64,000 bases of DNA from a virus (taxonomy: Duplodnaviria > Caudoviricetes), in IMG/VR virus record IMGVR_UViG_3300029288_004108, positions 1-64,000 of that record. One strand, written 5' to 3'. Positions 46,756 through 55,948 of this stretch are shown piece after piece. Below the pieces are notes generated by a model. That model was not told the origin of the DNA. It did no database searches and saw only the letters and a program-made list of their open reading frames with translations. The position numbers were made by a program, and so were the translations under genes. Each line of letters opens with the position of its first letter. Within the stretch, counting starts at the first letter, position 1.

Positions 46756-47417
46756 AGCTCCATTACAATATACGACTTTTCAGATCGACGTTCCTCATGC
46801 TCGTCCAGAGGAATCCACTCGATCATACCATCATGTTCTACTCTATATAATGGTATCTGATTGACTTCCTTAAATCCTAATCTCTCATAGAAAGTAATTG
46901 CATGAGGATTATCAGACAAAACTTTTAAATAAAATTCTTTAATCTTTAATCCCGTCCGCCCATAATTTATAAGGGTATTCACTGCATAAGACATCATACC
47001 TTTATATACATTCTTAACTCCACGCACTACATTATCTATTTCTACTGAGGGAATATCATAATTGAAAGAAGAATAACCAATATGACCAATAGGGAGGGCA
47101 TCAGCTGTATGTGGATGAATCATAAATAAAAGACGATCCTTCCTTGGTAGTAAAACATTGTCTATCCAATTCATTGTTTGCTCCTCTGTCCCCTTAAATC
47201 TATTTGCAAAACCAATAGAATTTTCCTCTCTCCACTGTTTTATCAATGGTATATAATTAGGATATAATATTTGTTTATATAGATACGTGATTGGTTTAAG
47301 ATCACCTATAATCTCCTTTTTGGAATTCAAAATAGGAAGATAATGCCAATGATATTCCTTTTGTCCAAAATTTTTGAACGTATCAAATGTTTGCTCTATG
47401 AATGATTTATATTCCAT
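46746..47417 (-). CDS. GNAT-family N-acyltransferase
   Basis: IGHIG, EIDNVVRG, DNPHAITFYERLGF. Confidence 0.8.
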   Translation of the reverse strand: MEYKSFIEQTFDTFKNFGQKEYHWHYLPILNSKKEIIGDLKPITYLYKQILYPNYIPLIKQWREENSIGFANRFKGTEEQTMNWIDNVLLPRKDRLLFMIHPHTADALPIGHIGYSSFNYDIPSVEIDNVVRGVKNVYKGMMSYAVNTLINYGRTGLKIKEFYLKVLSDNPHAITFYERLGFKEVNQIPLYRVEHDGMIEWIPLDEHEERRSEKSYIVMELCQ

Positions 47418-48691
47418 TGTTTGATTACATTATAAATATATTCAAATACAGGTTCCTCATAATGAGGAGCACAACCTAAGAAAAACACTTTATCCAGTAC
47501 CTGATTTGCTTCCGGATAATCATTACAATCTGATAACCAGTAGTAACCAGGGTGGAGAAGTATATTGCCTGAAAAATAATTACGAGTCTGAATTTTATTT
47601 TGCTCAAGGAACTGAACCAATTCTTGCTTTAATTCCTTTGTCTCACAGATAAATGGAACTCCAAACCAACACACATCAGATTTTTCAAATTGTTGAACAC
47701 TTTTTACTCCTTCTATATTACTTGTCAGAATTGGTTCAATTATATATTTTGAACGCTTTCTTCTCCGATCAATTTCATCAAACTTTTCTAACTGTACTCT
47801 CCCAATAGCTCCTTGAAGATCCAGTGGTTTAAGGTTATACCCCATCTGAGAAAATACATATTTATGATCAACCACTCCATCATAAGCCTCCAGCCACTTT
47901 CCAAATCTCCTTCCACAAGAACCATCTTTCAACATATTAGCTTCCCCGACACAAGTACAATCTCTTCCCCACCAAGCTATACTCCGCATTATCCTCATCA
48001 AATCAATATCATCCGTGCTAACCATACCCCCTTCTCCGGTACAAATATGGTGAGCAGGATAAAATGAACAACTGGAAGCCACAGCATATTCATTGAGATA
48101 CCTTCCATCCCAACGACTGCCTAAGCTATCACACCCATCCAGTATTAGCTTAATATCATGCCGGCGGCATATTTCCATTAATCTATCCATATCTGGAGGA
48201 TTTCCAAGGACTGGAGAAACAATAATAGCCTTAACCCAGTCATACATTCTTTCTGCAACCCTGTCCAAATCAAAATTTAATGTGTCCCATTCAATATCAG
48301 CAAATACAGGAGTTAGGTTATTCTGTACAATAACAGATACGGTAGTAGGGAAACCTACAGGGGAAACAATAATTCCATCATCCGCTTTCCATCCATAATA
48401 TTGTTTGAGAGCAGTTAACATAACCAGGTTGGCAGATGATCCGGAATTAACCATGAGAGAATGCTTAACATTAAACTTATGACTAAATTCCTTTTCAAAT
48501 GCATCTACATTTTCTCCAGCCGTGATCCATGAACCATTCAAAAATGTATTTATTGCAGCAATAGCTTCCCTACTATCCCAATATGGACCGGAATACGGAA
48601 TGAGTGTTTCTCCGGGAACAAAATGCTTTCCATATAGATATGGAGGAACGTGGTTCCCAACAATACTTGTTATTTTACTCAAATCAATCAT
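47396..48691 (-). CDS. rfbH: CDP-4-keto-6-deoxyglucose 3-dehydrase E1 (RfbH/DdhC-like)
   Basis: PYSG, NSGSSANL, SFYPAHHICTGEGG (His at the Lys position), WGRDCTC...C..RF Cys cluster, DHKY. Confidence 0.88.
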   Translation of the reverse strand: MIDLSKITSIVGNHVPPYLYGKHFVPGETLIPYSGPYWDSREAIAAINTFLNGSWITAGENVDAFEKEFSHKFNVKHSLMVNSGSSANLVMLTALKQYYGWKADDGIIVSPVGFPTTVSVIVQNNLTPVFADIEWDTLNFDLDRVAERMYDWVKAIIVSPVLGNPPDMDRLMEICRRHDIKLILDGCDSLGSRWDGRYLNEYAVASSCSFYPAHHICTGEGGMVSTDDIDLMRIMRSIAWWGRDCTCVGEANMLKDGSCGRRFGKWLEAYDGVVDHKYVFSQMGYNLKPLDLQGAIGRVQLEKFDEIDRRRKRSKYIIEPILTSNIEGVKSVQQFEKSDVCWFGVPFICETKELKQELVQFLEQNKIQTRNYFSGNILLHPGYYWLSDCNDYPEANQVLDKVFFLGCAPHYEEPVFEYIYNVIKQWNINHS

Positions 48692-49419
48692 AATTCCTCC
48701 AATTCAGGATACGATGATTTAGCTACCCAAAATTTCCTTTCTCTCAAGCAAGCTCCTTTATCTTTCAAGTAATTTGCATGAGCAATAGGGTTTTGATCAT
48801 TATAAACATAAAGTACCTTATCAATAAATCGCATGTGCTTTTGACCACACATTTCAATCATTGGGTATAACATAGTACAATCAAATGAGTTATTCGGATA
48901 ATTCCCATTTGAATAAAGCAAATCCTCTTTCTTTATAGCATCAAATAACTTCTTTCGACAAGTAACCAAATGTGAAGCAAACCAATTTCCACTTCTCCGG
49001 TATAATTGGGTGTCCAAGATTGGAAAACATCCTTTACCATGTAATCCGCTTGTCCGTATAAAATTTCCATAAGTCAACCATATTTCTTTTTGATATACTT
49101 CATTCAGATACTCCAGAACATCATCCGAGTAAAGATAATCATCACCACTCAGGAATGCAATTACATCTTCCCTATCGGTAGCCATCAGATTTATTCCTGC
49201 TATAAAATTTGCAATATGATAAGGTTGTTTTGGAGTATGTATGGCTTGAAATAAGGAATATTCTTTTTGAATTATTTCCCACGTCCCGTCATCACTATCA
49301 TCATCCATTATAATAACCTCATAATTCTTATAGGTCTGCATCAGAACAGAATCCAGACATTTCCTTATGTAAGGAGCTGCATTACGCTGGGTGACTAATA
49401 TGATAAATCTGTTAAGCAT
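48688..49419 (-). CDS. GT2 glycosyltransferase
   Basis: CLDSVLMQTYKNYEVIIMDDDSDDGT, FLSGDDYL, LYVYN. ATG 49419. Confidence 0.88.
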   Translation of the reverse strand: MLNRFIILVTQRNAAPYIRKCLDSVLMQTYKNYEVIIMDDDSDDGTWEIIQKEYSLFQAIHTPKQPYHIANFIAGINLMATDREDVIAFLSGDDYLYSDDVLEYLNEVYQKEIWLTYGNFIRTSGLHGKGCFPILDTQLYRRSGNWFASHLVTCRKKLFDAIKKEDLLYSNGNYPNNSFDCTMLYPMIEMCGQKHMRFIDKVLYVYNDQNPIAHANYLKDKGACLRERKFWVAKSSYPELEEL

Positions 49420-49657
49420 TATATGAGTAAACTGTTCCTTGTATATGTTTTTTATAAAGGGTGACGGAGATAGCAGTAGAACCACTTATGGTAAAAGTGA
49501 CAATATCATGAAGTTTTACATTCCATTCCTTTGGTCTACCCGTTCCCCCTTCCCGGGCAAATGTATATTTTAGTCCAGTCTGCAGATCCATCAACACACC
49601 CTTATTAGGGGTATTGTAATGTCCATCATCCATTTTTATAACCTGTCCGTAAGCCAT
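49412..49657 (-). CDS. Small protein, possibly OB/cold-shock-like fold
   Basis: KGVL...YTF...VKLHDIVTFTI...AISVTL pattern. Confidence 0.45.
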   Translation of the reverse strand: MAYGQVIKMDDGHYNTPNKGVLMDLQTGLKYTFAREGGTGRPKEWNVKLHDIVTFTISGSTAISVTLYKKHIQGTVYSYNA

Positions 49658-49658
49658 A

Positions 49659-50699
49659 TCATTCTTCTATAAAAGGTAAAGCAATACAACGACACATAGG
49701 ATGCAAAGGAATCATTGGTTCAATCTCATCCAAAGTAAATATTTTTCCTTCCAATTCAGCACATCGTTCACAAACCCGATCATCGCCAGCTGTTTTCCAT
49801 TCCCCCTTAACTTTTATTCCCAGTACTCCCCAATTACGATATTCCTGAATTGTAGCCAGGTGATGAGCTCTAATGAGTTCAGTCCGGGCAATCATCTCTG
49901 CCCGACGTTTTGCAGGAATAAATCTTCCAAGCTTATCAGTTATTCCTAAAGTGCCTGTTCCTGTTCCATCAATAGCAGCAACCATCTTCCGGGCAAGTAA
50001 CACCGGACCATCTCCGTCGATCATTCCCTGAGCAAGAATCTGAGCAATATTATTTGCCATAGCCTCTGTAACTCCAACGAGCTCCGCGAACACTCTGGTA
50101 AATAATACTCCCACACGATCCATATGAAACGGAGTCCCAAACACTACATCTATCCCACCAGAAGAATCAATTGAAGGAATATCCATTCCAGCAGCAATCA
50201 TTTCCTGCCTTGCCCTTATTATTCCTCTCTTGTATGAATCTGCTACATACATATTTGTCCAAGCAGATTCAATTGCAACTCCTATCTGTTGAAATTGAGT
50301 GGTTGTCAATATCCCACGATCAACCTGTTGCCGAAGCCAACGCATAAATACCTCTATCCGGTCAGAAGAACGGGGGTAATCAAACGCATGCCACCCGGGT
50401 GGTATCATTTGCTGGGTAGTCACCGATCGTTTCTTAGCACCAAAACAATCCTTATCTACAACAGCAATTTTGATAACCTTTATTAATTCATCAAATCTAC
50501 GATTCATTGCCCGGGAAAAAGCATTACGAAGTGCCGTGGTCCGGGTAGGATCGTAGTTGTTGGAAAGGGTTAATATAGCATGTTCACACAGATGCACTTG
50601 GTAATCTTCTACGTTGTTTAGGTTCTCCTCTTTGAGCCTTTGATTTTTCCTTTGGTTTCTCCGGAGCCGGAGCAGGTGGGTTGAGCAGATCCATAGCAT
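49659..50699 (-). CDS. Minor head protein (SPP1 gp7/Mu gpF-like)
   Basis: IARTE, WKTAGDDRVCERC, PLHPMCRC. True start uncertain, probably near 50600. Confidence 0.85.
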   Translation of the reverse strand: MLWICSTHLLRLRRNQRKNQRLKEENLNNVEDYQVHLCEHAILTLSNNYDPTRTTALRNAFSRAMNRRFDELIKVIKIAVVDKDCFGAKKRSVTTQQMIPPGWHAFDYPRSSDRIEVFMRWLRQQVDRGILTTTQFQQIGVAIESAWTNMYVADSYKRGIIRARQEMIAAGMDIPSIDSSGGIDVVFGTPFHMDRVGVLFTRVFAELVGVTEAMANNIAQILAQGMIDGDGPVLLARKMVAAIDGTGTGTLGITDKLGRFIPAKRRAEMIARTELIRAHHLATIQEYRNWGVLGIKVKGEWKTAGDDRVCERCAELEGKIFTLDEIEPMIPLHPMCRCIALPFIEE

Positions 50700-52062
50700 C
50701 TTTCATCTTAGATAATTCCTCTTTCATTTCTGCATCCCGCATACTGTGGACTAATTCAATCTCATCAGTAGTAAATCCAGCAAACTTTTCAAGGAAAACA
50801 CTCGGAGGGACTATTTCTATTGCCATAGGATTGGAAGTATATTCTCTGAGAGCATTTGCTCGTGCCTTTCCTATTTCCACTCTCATCTTCTCACTCTGAG
50901 CAAACAGATCGGACCATTTAACACTATAATCATCCGATGGCTCCGGTAATACTCCATATTCGATCAACTTATCTACAAACGGCCGGACAATACAAGGTTC
51001 CGCATGTTCCTCCCTACGAGTCTGTACATATGATAACCACTCACTTCTATCTTCCGACGATGCTAATTCCCCACGCTCACTACCGGTTAAAATTCTGATA
51101 GGAATGCCTGTTTCCGATGAGATAAGTTTTAACTGAATATCTATGTGAGAGGAGGGGTCTGATACCTGTTGTTGAAGAGCTTCTATGTCAATACCTTCAT
51201 TAACCAATATCCTACGAAGGTTATGTTCAAACTCATCAATCTGGTTTTTCAAATCAACCTTAAACTCAGGTGTAGCCTGATATTCCGGATCAAGTTTCCC
51301 ATGATAACCCGGACGAGCACCACGCCAAAACATTTCGGCATCACCACCAGCAATCTTCTCAACATCCATCAATCGGTTGAAAATAGCTTCCAGACGTGGA
51401 GTTCCATATACATCAGATTCCAGTGGACTATCTGTAACATGAATTACCCTGCTATAATGAACTTTTACTGCTCTACTTCCTTTTGTAGAAGGATCAATGG
51501 TTTGAATGTTATACAGTAAAGGCATTCCATATCGCTCATTACCAGGATTGTCTTCAAAAGAATCAATCTCAGCGGTACTTTCTCCAAGTGGACGAATGTA
51601 CTTTAATTGTTTCTTTCCGGCAGATAATGGTTTTATCCAATCTTCATTCCGGGAAATATCATTGAAACCCAGCAGGAGTACACCATATCTTCCGATACCA
51701 GTAAGACGATCAAGGCGGGAAAGTTTTGATTTTAAACCAAGGTCCCGATTGAGTTCTCTCCAAGCTTTTTCAAACTCGGTTTCTTCTGGTTCATTGGACT
51801 CCTGTAATTCCAAAACCCCTTGCCATGTAGCTTTGACCGGACGATCAATAACCGCTTTGGCAATTTCCTGACGCTTATAACGGGCAAAGAAATCAGTAAA
51901 TACTAACTCAGCTTTATATCCCAAAGCTAACATTAAATCCCGATTCCCCCCGTAAGACTGAGTACCAAGTTGAGTAGCTAACATAGCCCTTCCTACAATT
52001 TCACTAAGGACTTGTATCTGCTTTGGGTCAACTGGTACTGGTGTACTCCTTACTCGTTTCAT
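50584..52062 (-). CDS. Portal protein (DUF1073-like)
   Basis: YKRQEIAKAVIDRPVKATW, RLTGIGRYG, HYSRVIH, IPIRILTG. ATG 52062. Confidence 0.85.
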   Translation of the reverse strand: MKRVRSTPVPVDPKQIQVLSEIVGRAMLATQLGTQSYGGNRDLMLALGYKAELVFTDFFARYKRQEIAKAVIDRPVKATWQGVLELQESNEPEETEFEKAWRELNRDLGLKSKLSRLDRLTGIGRYGVLLLGFNDISRNEDWIKPLSAGKKQLKYIRPLGESTAEIDSFEDNPGNERYGMPLLYNIQTIDPSTKGSRAVKVHYSRVIHVTDSPLESDVYGTPRLEAIFNRLMDVEKIAGGDAEMFWRGARPGYHGKLDPEYQATPEFKVDLKNQIDEFEHNLRRILVNEGIDIEALQQQVSDPSSHIDIQLKLISSETGIPIRILTGSERGELASSEDRSEWLSYVQTRREEHAEPCIVRPFVDKLIEYGVLPEPSDDYSVKWSDLFAQSEKMRVEIGKARANALREYTSNPMAIEIVPPSVFLEKFAGFTTDEIELVHSMRDAEMKEELSKMKDAMDLLNPPAPAPEKPKEKSKAQRGEPKQRRRLPSASV

Positions 52063-52072
52063 TAATATATAT

Positions 52073-52534
52073 TTAAAATTTCCAACTTGCTCCAAGCAAG
52101 ATTAGTGGTACTTTATTTGTAAAGTCATATCCACCACCGGCATTAACAAAATCAATAAAGTTTACTGTGCCCGCAATACCAAAACCTACATTCGTAGGAT
52201 CATTAAAATTTATAATGAATAATACGTTTGCTCCATAATCATTTACGAGCACTCCATTTTGCTCAATATAATGCTGTACTCCTGCACCAAGACCAGCAGC
52301 AGTAAAAGCACTACCTCCCCATTTCTTTGCTTCTTTGTCATATACAAGATTAACGGCATTGAGCTCAGCTGTAGGTTTTGCAAACCACTGTATCGACTTG
52401 TCTCCTTCTCCTTTAAATACAAGAGTAGCAGACGCCCCCCTTGTCTTTTTTAAGAACTGACTGAATATTCCATCCTGTGCCATAAGTACCACAGGAAAAA
52501 GTAGGATAATTAAAAGTGCCAACAATTTTTTCAT
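52073..52534 (-). CDS. Exported protein, possible small outer-membrane beta-barrel
   Basis: Signal peptide MKKLLALLIILLFPVVLMA, Gly/aromatic alternating strands, terminal LGASWKF. Confidence 0.5.
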   Translation of the reverse strand: MKKLLALLIILLFPVVLMAQDGIFSQFLKKTRGASATLVFKGEGDKSIQWFAKPTAELNAVNLVYDKEAKKWGGSAFTAAGLGAGVQHYIEQNGVLVNDYGANVLFIINFNDPTNVGFGIAGTVNFIDFVNAGGGYDFTNKVPLILLGASWKF

Positions 52535-52535
52535 C

Positions 52536-52868
52536 TTACTTTCCTCCTCTTACTGCTTTAATTTCTTTATCCGACATATACTTACCTTTGATGGAAGGAA
52601 CCTGTTTCCTGATCAGTTTTCCTACCCAACTCCAGATTAAACCCAGAACAGAACCTTGTTTTATAATATTGGTCTGTCCAAAGAGAGTTTCCAAGAAAGC
52701 ATACAAAATGAAGATCAGACTCCACATATTTGCTTTTAGAAATTCTACAATAGTGTCAAAGCCAGTGACAATAACCACATTGGTTGAGTCAGGCTGTTCC
52801 TGTGCTATCACAGCTATCGCTGCAACAAACAACATCATCAAAAACATAAAGAACTTTTTCATTTTCAT
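52536..52868 (-). CDS. Membrane protein with a signal peptide (holin/antiholin-like)
   Basis: N-terminal hydrophobic segment, second TM (SLIFILYAFLETLF), basic C-terminus. Confidence 0.5.
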   Translation of the reverse strand: MKMKKFFMFLMMLFVAAIAVIAQEQPDSTNVVIVTGFDTIVEFLKANMWSLIFILYAFLETLFGQTNIIKQGSVLGLIWSWVGKLIRKQVPSIKGKYMSDKEIKAVRGGK

Positions 52869-53707
52869 TCTACAAATTTAATTACCCACATATCAAAAGA
52901 CTTTTTACTATCTAAAATATATTTCCAAGGAATTAAGCACCCTCCATCACTCCCCCAATTCCTCCCCCAACTATTAAGCTCAAACACGCCTGCTGATTCA
53001 TAATCAGTTACGCATTTGCAATGTCCACCAATTTGATCTTCAAAACACTTCGGATAAGGAACTACTCCTGTCCGAGCAACTTCCTCGGACATAAAGGATT
53101 CATAAAGGAGCTGTCCATAAACAATAGCATATCCTTCATAAATTGCACTCATTATAGCTTCTTTTGTCACCGGATATATCCTGTAATATTCCAAAGTCTG
53201 ATGTTTCTCTCCTTCTGTATAAGCCTGATCTGAAGGTTTTACAGCAAACTTTGATGGAATGTATGGCCAGGTTTCTTCCTTACACAACCCATATTTATTC
53301 AATCCCTTTATCACATCCCTTATACTTGCTCCGCTATCTTCCCCCTTACAATCATCTTCCCGGGCATTATAATAAGCATACAATCGGGAAGGATCATAAA
53401 TAGGTTGATTATTTTTTATGAGAGCCCTGATGAATCCTGCGGCAGCTCCATGACCAGTGCAGGAACCGATAGAGCCCTGATCCCAACGAAAAGGGAAATT
53501 CTTGAAATTCCTCCTTTCTGTAGATTCCGGGAGAAGTACCCGGGCTTTATATCTTGGGGTATATACCCTATCCCGTGGATCCACCTTATCTCGTTTTAAA
53601 CCAAAATTCCGGACTGGAACTGGTTTACGTTTGAAAAGTCTTCTTATAAATCTTATCATTGCTATAATATTAAATGTTTGAACATATGGTAATTTCTCTG
53701 GTCTCAT
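52865..53707 (-). CDS. Papain-like (C1) cysteine peptidase
   Basis: DQGSIGSCTGH, GGHC, NSWG. Confidence 0.88.
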   Translation of the reverse strand: MRPEKLPYVQTFNIIAMIRFIRRLFKRKPVPVRNFGLKRDKVDPRDRVYTPRYKARVLLPESTERRNFKNFPFRWDQGSIGSCTGHGAAAGFIRALIKNNQPIYDPSRLYAYYNAREDDCKGEDSGASIRDVIKGLNKYGLCKEETWPYIPSKFAVKPSDQAYTEGEKHQTLEYYRIYPVTKEAIMSAIYEGYAIVYGQLLYESFMSEEVARTGVVPYPKCFEDQIGGHCKCVTDYESAGVFELNSWGRNWGSDGGCLIPWKYILDSKKSFDMWVIKFVE

Positions 53708-54138
53708 ACTATATTAATATATAACTCCTCTCCAGCTGTTTTATATGCTTTTAACATAGCAGTAAGTTTTTTCTCATAATACTCTCCATTGGATAATTCT
53801 CCTTTCTTAGTATTGTCCCCTACAAGCATACAACCTGCGGTATTCTTTACTGTCCTCCCACGATGTACCCGAATTCCTATGAAGTGTTTTACATCAAGTA
53901 TGATTGGTAAATCTCTCTTGAATTTAGGACTATATGTTACATCCACTTTATATCTGCCATAAGGAATAGCAGTTTCCCCATAGATTTTCATTTCACCTGG
54001 ATCTTCCAAATCACCATCTTTGTTAAAATCCCTAACAGGATCTTCCAAAGTATTGCAAAACGGTCGATCACCGATGGAGAGTATCCCCACAGTATGTGTT
54101 GGTTTACAAAATAATCGTTCAAGAAATAAATTTATCAT
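53704..54138 (-). CDS. DUF5675-family putative endolysin
   Basis: CNTLED, TAIPYGRY, IRVHRG, TAGCMLVG. Confidence 0.78.
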   Translation of the reverse strand: MINLFLERLFCKPTHTVGILSIGDRPFCNTLEDPVRDFNKDGDLEDPGEMKIYGETAIPYGRYKVDVTYSPKFKRDLPIILDVKHFIGIRVHRGRTVKNTAGCMLVGDNTKKGELSNGEYYEKKLTAMLKAYKTAGEELYINIV

Positions 54139-54359
54139 TTCTTTTTTCCTTTAATTATGGGAAATATCAAATCTTTGAAAAGATAGTAAACAATCACAAC
54201 CACACAAACTGTCATAAATACCATTCCAAATACCTGTGCAACGTTTGTTGCTGCAAAATCTTTGAATATCATAGCAAATTCCATATATATTTCAATGACA
54301 ACCAAACCAATATAAACCCCAAAACAATACCTGATACGATCCGTAAGCCAATATTCCAA
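54135..54359 (-). CDS. Two-TM membrane protein, holin candidate
   Basis: Two hydrophobic helices, IIKGKKK tail, directly upstream of the endolysin-like gene. Confidence 0.55.
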   Translation of the reverse strand: MEYWLTDRIRYCFGVYIGLVVIEIYMEFAMIFKDFAATNVAQVFGMVFMTVCVVVIVYYLFKDLIFPIIKGKKK

Positions 54360-54862
54360 AGACTATTTAATCGGATTGATCGAGAAAGTAACGGTGCAAG
54401 TTCCTCCATTTCCTGCCGGCATTTTGTAATAATATCCGGTTGAAGCATTTCCACCTTTGCTTCAAGTTCTGCAAGTTTCTTTTTCTTCTTTTCCAATCTT
54501 CCTTCCACTACTGTTATTCTACTGTCTTCACTTTCAACCTTGGTTTCCATCTCATCCAAACGACTCTTTATTTCCGTTATATTATCTGATATGACTTTCT
54601 GTCCCAAAGCTAATTCCGCAAGTTTATCATTGATTGGAACCAATACTTCCGCAAGCTCTTTGGCAATAGATACAACAAGATCCTTTCGAAACTCTTCATC
54701 AAACGTTTGTTTGAAAGCTTCATTACTCAAATCCTGAAGACGAATTAAATATTGGAGATCATAAATATTTAAACTCATCTTCTCCCGACTTGAAGGAGTC
54801 ATCGGGACACGGTTGATTTCATTCATCACATCAACCTCAGTAGATTTCTTTTTTGCAGTCAT
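54269..54862 (-). CDS. Coiled-coil protein with a C-terminal TM helix
   Basis: Heptads from LAELALGQ to LAELEAKVEML. Terminal IVSGIVLGFILVWL. Confidence 0.6.
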   Translation of the reverse strand: MTAKKKSTEVDVMNEINRVPMTPSSREKMSLNIYDLQYLIRLQDLSNEAFKQTFDEEFRKDLVVSIAKELAEVLVPINDKLAELALGQKVISDNITEIKSRLDEMETKVESEDSRITVVEGRLEKKKKKLAELEAKVEMLQPDIITKCRQEMEELAPLLSRSIRLNSLWNIGLRIVSGIVLGFILVWLSLKYIWNLL

Positions 54863-55263
54863 TGTTTTTTACGGATTGTAATTTTTGTTTTTAATGTATC
54901 TTGCCAGCTTACCTTTTCAACCGTTAATCCATCCATATATTGGTAAAATTCTTCTTTTGTCAGAGAATTATCACGCATAAGATAACGACCATACGATTTT
55001 TGTGTATTATCTAAAGAACGTGTTAATGAAACAATATCAAGTTGTAAATCCTGAATTGATTGATTTACACGATAACTTTGTGATTGCACATTATCAAATG
55101 CCTTATATATACTATCCACCTTGAGTACCATTTGCTTTGAAAGAGTGATAGTATTATTGGTGGAATCTATAAACTTGAAAGCCCCGAAAAGAACAACAAG
55201 TGCTGCAAATGCCCCAGTTATACAACTGGCTATCTTTGAAATGTTAAGTAATTTTTCTGTCAT
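54859..55263 (-). CDS. N-terminal TM plus coiled-coil protein (spanin-like topology)
   Basis: ATG 55263 (ATGA overlap). ITGAFAALVVLFGAF TM followed by a coiled coil. Confidence 0.5.
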   Translation of the reverse strand: MTEKLLNISKIASCITGAFAALVVLFGAFKFIDSTNNTITLSKQMVLKVDSIYKAFDNVQSQSYRVNQSIQDLQLDIVSLTRSLDNTQKSYGRYLMRDNSLTKEEFYQYMDGLTVEKVSWQDTLKTKITIRKKQ

Positions 55264-55655
55264 ACGCTGATTCCTAATAAAAAACATATTCCCATTGGAA
55301 GAAACATAGTAAACTTGCAAAACCATCCAAATCCACCAAACCATACCATTACTTTATCATACCACTTTTTATCACCATAGTAATTCCATGGTTTCTTTGC
55401 AAACAAGTTATATGTCAAATCAAATACTCCAAACCGTAAAAAGATATATCCACAAATCAATTGCCAATCTGGAACGTAATACCTGTCAAAATTCCTAGCT
55501 ATCAATAAATACCATATTGCAAAAAGAAGAACAGCCAGTACAAACTGTACCCATCCTTTGAAAATAAAATCTCTAAAGGAGGATTGTGTCAAGCTCAATC
55601 TCCCTTCAAAAATAGCTTCTGGTAAAATAAATAATGTTGCGTAAAGTAATAGCAT
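55260..55655 (-). CDS. Multi-pass membrane protein
   Basis: Four hydrophobic segments, IFLRFGVFDLTYN. Confidence 0.6.
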   Translation of the reverse strand: MLLLYATLFILPEAIFEGRLSLTQSSFRDFIFKGWVQFVLAVLLFAIWYLLIARNFDRYYVPDWQLICGYIFLRFGVFDLTYNLFAKKPWNYYGDKKWYDKVMVWFGGFGWFCKFTMFLPMGICFLLGISV

Positions 55656-55659
55656 CTTA

Positions 55660-55947
55660 TTAAAGTGTAATATTCAAATAAACTATGTATGCCATGTAAA
55701 TCAATATTGCTGTCGTTAGGCTTGCCCAGATTGTAGCATAAGCATCCTTAAATTCTGGTGTGCCCTTACCTAATAACTTATCCCAGATTAATTCTTTGCC
55801 TATCCCAGCTAATATACCTACTAAGGCAGAAAATAAAGTTACTTCAGGATGAGCAATAGGTATCCAAATAATTATGATCAGTACCGCTGCAATAGCTGTA
55901 ATAAGTGATCCTCTTCCAAGATGTTTTATTTTGTCTTTTGGTATCAT
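55660..55947 (-). CDS. Small membrane protein, paralog of 56863-57081
   Basis: KHL...GKELIWDK...DAYAT motif. Confidence 0.62.
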   Translation of the reverse strand: MIPKDKIKHLGRGSLITAIAAVLIIIIWIPIAHPEVTLFSALVGILAGIGKELIWDKLLGKGTPEFKDAYATIWASLTTAILIYMAYIVYLNITL

Positions 55948-55948
55948 T

